Shown one piece after another: positions 37,283-46,694 of a stretch of 64,000 bases of DNA. Origin of the DNA: Minisyncoccota bacterium (GTDB lineage: Bacteria > Patescibacteriota > Minisyncoccia > Phycocordibacterales > UBA918). The notes beneath the pieces are model-generated. The model ran no database searches and was not told where the DNA came from. It saw only the letters and a list, made by a program, of their open reading frames with translations. Both the position numbers and the translations under genes were made by a program. Numbering within the stretch: position 1 is the stretch's first letter; every line of letters begins with the position of its first letter. The DNA lies in NCBI GenBank assembly GCA_937975855.1, contig CALJTT010000004.1, positions 5,583 through 69,582 on the forward strand, written 5' to 3'.

Positions 37283-39238
37283 CTAGCCAGTCCAGTTAAA
37301 CAAGAGAATCGAGAAGTCTGTCAGACTGACTCTGCCATCTTGGTTTATATCTGCCGGTGGATCTGAATCCCCACCATCAGTTTCCCACCAAAATAACATG
37401 ATGGAAAAGTCTATCAAGTTAACAAACCCGTCACGGTTCAGGTCAGGATGAAGTGGTAGGTCGGCGCTCTGTCCAATTCCATAAAATTCATAATCCGAAA
37501 AGTTAGTAAAGGCAGCACCTTCTTGTTGTGCTTTTGCTCGAACTCTATATGTATCGCGTGCAAAACCAGTAGTTGTCAGTGTTGTACTGTACGACCCACT
37601 ACTGTCAGAAACTGCTACCAACTGAACAGTATTGGCACCGCTACTACGACCCGTTTCTAGTGTAATTGTTGCGTTGGGCAATGCGTACCCAGAAATAGTG
37701 ACAACCTCCCCCGCTTCCGCCGGATCAGGATCGACGTTGATTGATGGTGTGATATTAATATTGGAAAGTCTGGATGCTCTAGCTCCACTTATGGTAAATG
37801 ATGTGCTGTATGTACCTGAAAAATCACCAGTCCGATCCGTCGCGTACACGCCAAAAGTGTAGGCTCCACGTGCAATTTCGTCGATTATAATCGAGTACGA
37901 CCCGTCTGCTTTGGCGGTTACTGTATCGGCAATCTGTCCATCTACTAATATAGTGACCTCTGAGCCAGGAAAAGCCATACCAGAGAGAATAAGTCTACCG
38001 TCGCCACTTTCGTACGGACCGTCGCCGTCCTCAAAACCACCACCTGAGCCACCACCTGAGCCACCGCCTGAGCCACCGCCACCACCGGAGGACCCACCAC
38101 TAGAACCTGTAGAGCCGCCCACGTTTCCAGGGTCAGTTCCGTCACCGGCACCGGTACCATCTGTATTACCGCTACCGGTATCCCCACTTCCTGTACCGCC
38201 ATCTCCCAACCCTGCTCCTGGACCTCCAATTTCACCGTCTTCGTTAGGGGTTCCTGTGTTATTAGTGTCCGCCACTATGAACTGAATCAAATAGTCGTCG
38301 ATGTTCTCATTACCTTCATCATCGATACATCTGACGTACACCTGCACTACGGAAGCTGGAGTAATAGGAACGACGGCTGTGTGGGTAATCAGACCTGTGT
38401 TGTCAAACGAATTTGGTTGTGAAAAATATGGTGTACCAGATGCACTACTCCATCGACAGATGGCAAATTCGTCTGTTTCCAAAGAAACTTCAATAGACAA
38501 ACTGGTGCCAGGGAAAACCGCCAGCGTGCCCGAGGCTGTCGTTGTAGGCTGACCGTTAAAACGAAGTGGTGGGATCGTTTCTGTGGTGTCTGCGTTGACA
38601 GAAATTTTTTGATTCAAAAAAACCAGAAACCGAGCATCTGCGATACTTGTGCCGTCAACAATTTTTAAAGGAATCGAATGCGAACCTAGTACCGAACTGT
38701 TTTTAATTGGCTCAATATCTGTAACAGTTGTGGTTCCAGCAGAAAATCCATGAAGGGAACCTGACGTATGCTCACCGACCCGAAGTTCGACGCGAGCGCC
38801 TGGCGAAATTGTTAAATCGCTTGCCAATGTGTATCGCACAACACCGCCTGCACCCCTTGTAATATCAACGCGATCCACTCCGACACCAAGCACACTGTCG
38901 GCAGCCCGGGCAGAACCGTTTACATACAACTCGACGTTTCGGGCAGAAAAAGCACTGGTCGAGGCTGTTACTTCAAAGGTTGCCGGAAAGGTTGCTTCAA
39001 TATATGAACCAGGATTAATGGTCACATCTGGAACAAAGGAGAATGTATGGTTTGAAAATTGGCCCGGCCCTGAGTCAGACAGCGTGTCAGAGTATTGGGT
39101 AATATTAACAGCCAAAGCCTCAGTACCAGTTAAGGCCCAAAGACACAGTGTTACAAAAAATAAGATACGAACAGGCCGCAACATACGTGAATATGTATAT
39201 TGTACCGTGCGATACTCAAAAAAAACTGTGCTACCCAC
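37283..39238 (-). CDS. Secreted dockerin-bearing protein. Its N-terminal module has the same Y-S-D-T-L-S-D-S motif as the WxL-like proteins. Then a Gly/Ser/Asp/Thr-rich linker, Ig-like domains and a C-terminal dockerin. Probable start at the internal Met (~39184).
   Basis: Signal (ILFFVTLCLWALTGTEALA). AVNITQYSDTLSDSGPGQFSNHTFSF parallels ANVTTFSDTLTDSAPSVVSDHTIEF of 8912..10042. Low-complexity GTGSGDTGSGNTDGTGAGDG...GGSGGGSGGG. Dockerin DLNRDGFVNLIDFSIMLFWWETDGGDSDPPADINQDGRVSLTDFSILLFNWTG. Confidence 0.55.
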   Translation of the reverse strand: MGSTVFFEYRTVQYTYSRMLRPVRILFFVTLCLWALTGTEALAVNITQYSDTLSDSGPGQFSNHTFSFVPDVTINPGSYIEATFPATFEVTASTSAFSARNVELYVNGSARAADSVLGVGVDRVDITRGAGGVVRYTLASDLTISPGARVELRVGEHTSGSLHGFSAGTTTVTDIEPIKNSSVLGSHSIPLKIVDGTSIADARFLVFLNQKISVNADTTETIPPLRFNGQPTTTASGTLAVFPGTSLSIEVSLETDEFAICRWSSASGTPYFSQPNSFDNTGLITHTAVVPITPASVVQVYVRCIDDEGNENIDDYLIQFIVADTNNTGTPNEDGEIGGPGAGLGDGGTGSGDTGSGNTDGTGAGDGTDPGNVGGSTGSSGGSSGGGGGSGGGSGGGSGGGFEDGDGPYESGDGRLILSGMAFPGSEVTILVDGQIADTVTAKADGSYSIIIDEIARGAYTFGVYATDRTGDFSGTYSTSFTISGARASRLSNINITPSINVDPDPAEAGEVVTISGYALPNATITLETGRSSGANTVQLVAVSDSSGSYSTTLTTTGFARDTYRVRAKAQQEGAAFTNFSDYEFYGIGQSADLPLHPDLNRDGFVNLIDFSIMLFWWETDGGDSDPPADINQDGRVSLTDFSILLFNWTG

Positions 39239-39662
39239 TGGAAAGTGCAGATTCTACACTGGGGCGCGCCTGGCCTCGCGATCGAAGATAATCCAAGGCG
39301 TAATTTAGTACGATCAATATCAGTTGAACAAACAAAACGGCGGCCAGTAAATAGGTAGTTCTATTGTTACTATTTTCGTCCGCCGGTTGAGTTTCTAAGT
39401 TGAGGAAAATTTCTCGATCTTCGATTGTTGCCTCGCGCTGGTCAAGTAACAACTTTTGACGGGTCAACTCAGCAGTTATTGCATTGTATTCGGTTGGAGC
39501 TACAGAAACTGACATGCCTACATTGGCAGCCAAATAGTCGGTGGTTGTATTGAACAGTGCGGTGCTGCGCTCATCTATAAAACCACTCTGAAACATCAGA
39601 ACAGCCCCCATAACAACTGCGGATATACGTAGCACGCGTCTATATGTTTCCTGGGGTCCCAT
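39231..39662 (-). CDS. Small bitopic/2-TM membrane protein of unknown function
   Basis: 143-aa ORF with hydrophobic segments ISAVVMGAVLMF and YLLAAVLFVQLILIVLNYAL. Sits between the dockerin gene and the DUF916-like gene. Confidence 0.35.
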   Translation of the reverse strand: MGPQETYRRVLRISAVVMGAVLMFQSGFIDERSTALFNTTTDYLAANVGMSVSVAPTEYNAITAELTRQKLLLDQREATIEDREIFLNLETQPADENSNNRTTYLLAAVLFVQLILIVLNYALDYLRSRGQARPSVESALSSG

Positions 39663-39684
39663 GTCTGTATTATATCAGTACAGC

Positions 39685-40749
39685 CTAGGCAAAGAGTACC
39701 AACATAACCAACAAGAACAGAGCCAAGACAATGAGGACAGAAACAATGACCAATAAAGTAGCTGAAGATCCACCTTGCCCTTTCCTTCTTATCATTCGTC
39801 GTCCAGCGTTAACCTGTGCCAAAGCCCGCCTGACGTACAACTTAACCCCGATAATAGTCACTAGCAAAATAAACGCCAGAGCTCCCAAGGCAGGACCGAG
39901 TATGTTTAGCGGTAGAATCCAGAAAGTAACTGTGTTACTCATGGTTTTGTAGGCTCCTTGATCGCCATACACTGGACTAAGGATAGCTTCGTAGCGCCCA
40001 AAACCTGCTCCGTCTCCAATCCAGTTAACATCAGCAAACTCACGAGTCTTGCCTGGAAATACACCAGCGCGAGATTCATTAAAAGTAAGCTCGCCTACTC
40101 GTTTTCCAAGTGAGTTGTGAATAACCAGTGGCCCAGCCGGTCGAACCAATACATTACCGTTGTTTTCAATTTTAACGTTAAAGTCAACGTCCTGAGCACT
40201 ATAAATAAATTTACCGGTTGAAAATTGACGAATGCTAGCTTGTTCAACCACGTCACCAGTCACACGAATGCTAAGAATGTTGGCAACCTGATAGCCAACC
40301 GCGGCGCCACTGTTTTCCATCTCAGGAGGATCGGCAGATACAAACACTCCACCGAAGTGACTACCGGGGGATGCGCCTTTTGGGACCTCGAGAGTAAATT
40401 TCACCACCTCTGTTTCACCACCCTGCAGAAAAACACTGTCAGTCGACAAGTTAATCCAGGCAGCTAATTCATAGCCTGTCTCTTCCCAATCGTCGGCAAA
40501 TATAGGAACTCCGCCATCCCCTACTGATCTAATATTACGCGTGAATAAGAAATACTGCTGCGGAGCTGAATGTAAGTTCTGGATTTCAATTTCGAAGTTA
40601 TGAAGCGTGCCAGCATCAAGAGTTTCTTCTATTACCCCCGGAGAAATAGAAACACCAGCTTCTTGTGCCGAGGCAATCGACTGTGCAAATAACAAGAACA
40701 TCAAACAAGCAATTGTGGCAATGGTTTTATAGGGAACGATACGCAGCAT
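39685..40749 (-). CDS. DUF916/CscA-like cell-surface protein with signal peptide and C-terminal TM anchor(s) (paralog of 11386..12333)
   Basis: Signal (IACLMFLLFAQSIASAQEA). VSISPGVIEETLDAGTLHNFEIEIQN... has the same pattern as 11386..12333. C-terminal TM ALGALAFILLVTIIGVKLYV, a basic stretch, then a second hydrophobic helix. Confidence 0.4.
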   Translation of the reverse strand: MLRIVPYKTIATIACLMFLLFAQSIASAQEAGVSISPGVIEETLDAGTLHNFEIEIQNLHSAPQQYFLFTRNIRSVGDGGVPIFADDWEETGYELAAWINLSTDSVFLQGGETEVVKFTLEVPKGASPGSHFGGVFVSADPPEMENSGAAVGYQVANILSIRVTGDVVEQASIRQFSTGKFIYSAQDVDFNVKIENNGNVLVRPAGPLVIHNSLGKRVGELTFNESRAGVFPGKTREFADVNWIGDGAGFGRYEAILSPVYGDQGAYKTMSNTVTFWILPLNILGPALGALAFILLVTIIGVKLYVRRALAQVNAGRRMIRRKGQGGSSATLLVIVSVLIVLALFLLVMLVLFA

Positions 40750-40810
40750 AAATTAATCAATTATATTCAGTCCAGTGTAACAGCTACTTCGTCAAATTAT
40801 TTTTGTTCTC

Positions 40811-40840
40811 AACAACAAAACCTCCCAAAGGGAGGTTTTG
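40811..40840 (-). terminator. Rho-independent terminator downstream of the WxL-like gene 40864..41991 (stem aacctccc/gggaggtt, loop aaa)
   Basis: aacaacaaaacctcccaaagggaggttttgtg read directly. Confidence 0.65.
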
Positions 40841-40863
40841 TGTCAACTTCTAATTAAGGTCAA

Positions 40864-41991
40864 TTAGAAAGTTGGTGTTGCGATGTATGTCAGGATTGTA
40901 TTGTAATCATCACCAGCTTCTTGGAATGATGTAATCTCAATTTTGTACGCTACTTCAGTTTCACCAACGTCTGCAGTTACTCCGTCAGTTGGACCATCGT
41001 GTGAGAAGATCTGACGAGGAGTTGTACTAGCGGCTACGAATAGCTGTGTGCCAAACTCGTCAGTGTTAAGGTCTGAGTCCTCAGATGTGAGTCCCCAGTG
41101 ACCCCATTCGTTTTCACCACCTGCAAGTGTTCCTGTAGGTGGAACCCAGGCTGTTGGTGTGTCAACGTAGGTCCCGTCTGTGAAGCCATCAATATCTGCT
41201 CCAGTTGACGATAGAAGGTTTTGATCTTGTTCAACCGTTACCACAAATCCGTTAATAGCATTGGTTGTAACGTTTAGCTTTTGACCTAAAACTTCTGGTA
41301 CACCAGCTACTAGCTGTGCGTAGTCGATGGTAGTTGCTGTAGTTGAACCAGTTGTTGTTTCCCCGTTAACATCAGTTGATGTTGCCAGTCCAGTTACAAC
41401 GAATTCAAATACTGTGTCTACAATCGCAGTAACGAGTACGTTATCTACGATCGCAACACGTGTACGACCTAAGTCTGCATCAGCGTTAGCTACAGCGACT
41501 TCAATTTCGTATGAGTCTCCGACACCAGCGGCATTAACTTTAGCTGGGTTAGTAATTACTCCGTCCGCGACCACAATCTCTACTACCTGCCCCGCGACCG
41601 CTGTTGCGCCGTCTACCACGATGGTGTCAGCTGTAGCGCTAACGAAAGCTCCACTGGCTACACCATCGACTGTTACTGTCACATCCCCCGCAAGAACGTT
41701 GGCAACGTCTACAAATGACTGTCCGACTGTTCCGTCGTCTTGACTGTCAAACGTAACGGTAATGTTATCAGCTGGTGCGATTCCTACACTACCTACTGGT
41801 ACTGTGAATTGAATCGTGTGACCTGACGTCTCTGATGGTGCAGAGTCTGTCAGTGTGTCGCTGATATTAGTGAGGTTAGCTGCTTGTGCGATTTGGTGAA
41901 AGCCGATAGTAGCTGTCACAACTGCACATGCAACAAGTGTCGTGACCACTCGTTGCGTAACGCCAACTTCTAAAGTTGATTTTACGAACAT
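40864..41991 (-). CDS. Secreted Thr-rich surface protein with WxL-like C-terminal domain (paralog of 8912..10042)
   Basis: N-terminal hydrophobic anchor/signal. ANLTNISDTLTDSAPSETSGHTIQF. C-terminus ...ENEWGHWGLTSEDSDL...DDYNTILTYIATPTF. Strong terminator immediately downstream (40811..40840) and a 330-nt leader upstream. Confidence 0.5.
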   Translation of the reverse strand: MFVKSTLEVGVTQRVVTTLVACAVVTATIGFHQIAQAANLTNISDTLTDSAPSETSGHTIQFTVPVGSVGIAPADNITVTFDSQDDGTVGQSFVDVANVLAGDVTVTVDGVASGAFVSATADTIVVDGATAVAGQVVEIVVADGVITNPAKVNAAGVGDSYEIEVAVANADADLGRTRVAIVDNVLVTAIVDTVFEFVVTGLATSTDVNGETTTGSTTATTIDYAQLVAGVPEVLGQKLNVTTNAINGFVVTVEQDQNLLSSTGADIDGFTDGTYVDTPTAWVPPTGTLAGGENEWGHWGLTSEDSDLNTDEFGTQLFVAASTTPRQIFSHDGPTDGVTADVGETEVAYKIEITSFQEAGDDYNTILTYIATPTF

Positions 41992-42320
41992 GTTTGTTTG
42001 TATTTATTTTTTAAATAACTACGCTCTAGTGGCCGTTGTACTGAACACTTGAACTAACTCGGTAGAGCGTTTATGGAGATGACTACTAGTTTCAAATTAT
42101 GAGAAAAACTCAGCCTGTGAAATTTAGTTGCCCGCTTCTACCGATCTGTCTTTAGTATATTCTGTCTTTATTAAACTGTCCTAAATGTGCTGTTGATAAC
42201 TCTTATTGTGTGACCTTGTGTCGGATAAAATCCTTTGTTTATGAACAGTTTGTGGGCATCTTGTCGGACGTGGCGGATATAACACTTCAAGTACAAATGT
42301 CTGATATTTACTTTAACTGC

Positions 42321-43577
42321 TTAGCTAGCAGTCACAACCGGCACTTCTGACCACTGTGTCGTATAAGAATTACTACGCGCGGCAGACTTGGATTGCCAGA
42401 GAGGTTGCTTTAGGCGCGATCCAACTTGTACCAATTCCCTATCCGCATTTTTGTTTAGTTTATCGAGTGCTGCAAACAAAGGGTCGTTGTCATTTGGAAG
42501 GTCCTTCAGAAAGAGTGAGTTCTGGGTCAAGTCCGTAGACTGAATACCTGAAACTATAACTCCTACGCTCTGATATGGAACCTCTGACTCGTACAGTTCT
42601 ATAAACAATGTTTCCGCGGCTTTTATTATCTCAAAAGTGTCGTTGGTGGAATGCTGCAGGACCAGTTCCTTAGTGCCGCCGCGCAAGAAAAAATCACCAT
42701 GACGACTGGTTTTAAGGGAAACTCTCACTACTGCACTTTTCGCGTTCATAGCGCGCAAATCCAGCGCTACAGAACGTGCATGGTGCGCTAAGGCGTCCAG
42801 TATAATATCCTTATTTTCCGTACTTTTAGAGAAAGAACGTGTACTCATCAGACTCTTCTGCAACGGACGCTTACTACCCACCTGGTGTATATATTCACCG
42901 AGGAGCTCAGCATGCAGACGAGCGCCCACCACGCCATAAATTTGCTGAATTATCGCTTTGTCAGTATTACAAAAGTCAGCAACGGACTTCAGGTCATCTT
43001 GAGCAAATTTTTGAGCTAACTGTCGGCCAACACCCCAAACTGTTGAAAGTTGTAAATCTTCACTTAGGGCAACCCATCCCGACTCTTGTAATACATTTAC
43101 TCCAGAAGCTTTCTTGGCTAGGTCGGTACTAATCTTTGCCAGTGTCTTTGAGGAGGCAACGCCAAGAGACACAGGCACACCGACCTCTCTCAATACTCGA
43201 TCCCTGACATTTTTAAGTGAGCTCAAAGTTTCGTTATTGTTCTCGATCAAGAAGAATGCTTCATCAACAGAGTACTGTTCTACAACAGAAAACTCGTCTC
43301 TCACAATATCAAAAACCCGACGTGAGATATCTCGATACAAAGTTAGATTGCCAGAAAACGTTTGTATACCTTTGTCTTTTATAATGTCCTTGATCTTAAA
43401 GTAAGGGACACCCATTGGTATTCCAATGTCCTTTACTTCCTGAGACCTGGCGACGACACACCCGTCGTTTGACGAAAGTACGAGTGTCGGGTGATTTAGT
43501 AAATCTGGTCGGAACAGTCGTTCGCAAGAAACGAAGAAATTATTACAGTCCACTAATCCAACCGAAACCTTCTTCAT
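42321..43577 (-). CDS. umuC: Y-family translesion DNA polymerase (UmuC/DNA pol V catalytic subunit)
   Basis: MKKVSVGLVDCNNFFVSCERLFRPDLLNHPTLVLSSNDGCVVARSQEVKDIGIPMG... is the canonical Y-family N-terminus. Start chosen at MKKVS (43577), overlapping the umuD stop by 4 nt. Confidence 0.8.
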   Translation of the reverse strand: MKKVSVGLVDCNNFFVSCERLFRPDLLNHPTLVLSSNDGCVVARSQEVKDIGIPMGVPYFKIKDIIKDKGIQTFSGNLTLYRDISRRVFDIVRDEFSVVEQYSVDEAFFLIENNNETLSSLKNVRDRVLREVGVPVSLGVASSKTLAKISTDLAKKASGVNVLQESGWVALSEDLQLSTVWGVGRQLAQKFAQDDLKSVADFCNTDKAIIQQIYGVVGARLHAELLGEYIHQVGSKRPLQKSLMSTRSFSKSTENKDIILDALAHHARSVALDLRAMNAKSAVVRVSLKTSRHGDFFLRGGTKELVLQHSTNDTFEIIKAAETLFIELYESEVPYQSVGVIVSGIQSTDLTQNSLFLKDLPNDNDPLFAALDKLNKNADRELVQVGSRLKQPLWQSKSAARSNSYTTQWSEVPVVTAS

Positions 43578-44014
43578 ACCAAACGCCGCAGAGTGCCAGT
43601 AACCACACCCCATACGTGAACATCATCAGCGTCACCAATGGGAATCGGTGCGTAACCTTCTTTGGCTGAAACCAGCTTACTCTGTGATGAAGTTTTATAT
43701 AACTGCTTAACGACAAGTTCACCGTAGACTGCCGCCACAACTATGGACAGATGTTCCGCTGGAACTGAACGATCTACTACCAAAACATCTCCGTCAAAGA
43801 TTCGCTTTCCTTCCATAGAGTCACCGCTGACACGCACAAAGAAAGTCGCAGTCTCGTTATCGATCATTAGATCATTTAAATTCAAAGGTCTTTCAACCAC
43901 ATCGTCGCCAGGAGTTGGAAAGCCAGCCGCTGGCTGTACGTCGTACAAAGGGGCTTCCACACCATCCACCTCCGCCTTGTTTACCTTTGTGACATTCGAG
44001 TCAGTTACTTTCAT
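43574..44014 (-). CDS. umuD: UmuD-like S24 LexA-family self-cleaving peptidase subunit
   Basis: MKVTDSNVTK... with an A-G cleavage site context (QPAAGFP), the catalytic Ser motif (VSGDSMEG) and a Lys (VVKQLYK). ~146 aa, so UmuD-sized rather than LexA. ATGA overlap with umuC. Confidence 0.7.
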   Translation of the reverse strand: MKVTDSNVTKVNKAEVDGVEAPLYDVQPAAGFPTPGDDVVERPLNLNDLMIDNETATFFVRVSGDSMEGKRIFDGDVLVVDRSVPAEHLSIVVAAVYGELVVKQLYKTSSQSKLVSAKEGYAPIPIGDADDVHVWGVVTGTLRRLV

Positions 44015-44043
44015 TCTTATGAGTATATATGAGTATATAAAAA

Positions 44044-44058
44044 CTGCACTTTGTGCAG
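44044..44058 (-). promoter_or_regulatory. Perfect palindrome CTGCAC-N3-GTGCAG ~30 nt upstream of umuD start. Candidate SOS/LexA-type operator overlapping the promoter. Adjacent tandem direct repeat GAGTATATAT x2 (44021..44040) gives a duplicated TATA-like -10.
   Basis: Read directly: ctgcactttgtgcag. Lies between umuD ATG (44014) and the upstream gene end (44082). Confidence 0.4.
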
Positions 44059-44081
44059 CATCAACACCCACGTAAATTTGA

Positions 44082-45239
44082 CTAGATCACTATTGCCCCG
44101 CTGGTCAAAGTTGTGTGTACAAACCACAGTCCCCCAACCCCGGCCAGCAACGCCAGACTGTAGGCTGCCTGGACATAGTGTAGTCGTCTCACTTCACCAA
44201 CCAACGCTGCGCACAACAGTAGTAAGATCACACCAATAAGGCCAGAGTAGACAACATCCAGCACCAGATTAGGCCTGGTTGCAACTGAAGCTATTGTTGC
44301 TCCAGGGTAACGCTCTTCTATTTTAATTTCCTCGGTGAACATAGCTACCGCTAGTCCCGACGAAGTTGCCAGCTGTGACTGAATGACCAGCACGTCATTA
44401 GCTGGCTTAGGGCGGGCTGGCTCTGTGGCTGGTGGGGCTGGTTCAACAACAGGAAGTTCTGGTTTTATTGTGTCTTCTGCAGACAAAACTACTGTCTCTG
44501 GGGCTGGTTCATTTGCTGGCAGCGTTGGCGTAGATTGCTCTAATTGAACAACTGCCTGTTGCAGTCCTTCCAGCTGAGTCCGAAGTAGTGCTAATTCATC
44601 AGGTGAGGCAGGTGACTGTCCTTGTTGTTGTGGGGCATCTATCGCAGTTGGCAATATTGTCGGCTGAGGTTCTTGCACATTGTCAGCGAGCGCACCAACT
44701 GCAGGCGTACCAAACAGCTGCACAACAAACACTGTGTCATATCCGTCAAATTTTCCCTTGGCAGTTCCAACACCGATCTCTGTGTAATTAGCGTTTACAA
44801 TGTTCTCTTTATGGGCCGGTGAGTCCATCCAAGCGCCGACCAACTCGGCCGAGTCAGTAAAATGGATCGCCAAGTTTTCGCCTGCATGAGCATATTGATA
44901 GCCAACTCCTTCAAAAAAATACCAAGGGGAAGTCCCATCTGGAGCAAAATGCGCAAAGTAGCCTTGTTTTACCATATGTTCAGCCTTTGCTTGGGCGGCG
45001 GCGTCGAGACTAGAATTACGCCGTAAAGGTGCGGCAGCATAACCACCTCGCTCACTATTAGTGAGATCCACCACCACAGCCGGCAAAACTGTACCGACCA
45101 GCCAATCTGAGGATTGCCACAAAAGAGCCTGGATGTTCGTACCGACAAAAGTCAGCACGACAAGCGCCGCCATCAGCGTCACTGCAGCCTTTTCTAACCT
45201 ATCAAGGCTGTGACTATAATCTGGTTCAAACCACTGCAT
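44082..45239 (-). CDS. Membrane-anchored CAP/SCP/PR-1-like (YkwD-type) domain protein with Pro-rich linker and C-terminal TM
   Basis: N-terminal TM (VTLMAALVVLTFVGTNIQALLW). CAP-like core ...AQAKAEHMVKQGYFAH.APDGTSPW......GENLA......ELVGAWMDSPAHKENIVNANYTEIGVG. C-terminal hydrophobic helix. Confidence 0.55.
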   Translation of the reverse strand: MQWFEPDYSHSLDRLEKAAVTLMAALVVLTFVGTNIQALLWQSSDWLVGTVLPAVVVDLTNSERGGYAAAPLRRNSSLDAAAQAKAEHMVKQGYFAHFAPDGTSPWYFFEGVGYQYAHAGENLAIHFTDSAELVGAWMDSPAHKENIVNANYTEIGVGTAKGKFDGYDTVFVVQLFGTPAVGALADNVQEPQPTILPTAIDAPQQQGQSPASPDELALLRTQLEGLQQAVVQLEQSTPTLPANEPAPETVVLSAEDTIKPELPVVEPAPPATEPARPKPANDVLVIQSQLATSSGLAVAMFTEEIKIEERYPGATIASVATRPNLVLDVVYSGLIGVILLLLCAALVGEVRRLHYVQAAYSLALLAGVGGLWFVHTTLTSGAIVI

Positions 45240-45264
45240 ATTGTTGCTATACTAGCACTATTGT

Positions 45265-46638
<1,374 letters not shown>

Positions 46639-46694
46639 TACAAACAAAAACAGCCAGTGACCTTTTGGCCACTGGCTGTTTTTGTTATTTATAG

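Noticed and set aside
38040-38110. ccacctgagcca 12-mer tandem repeat that could be mistaken for a CRISPR-like array
   Set aside because: Only three contiguous copies without spacers, and it encodes the Gly/Ser linker of the dockerin protein. No CRISPR arrays anywhere in the window.
41992-42320. 330-nt intergenic region inspected for tRNA or small RNA genes
   Set aside because: No cloverleaf-compatible segments or conserved tRNA boxes recognised. It is more likely a long leader or promoter region for the highly expressed WxL-like gene. It remains a candidate for regulatory RNA but is unsupported.
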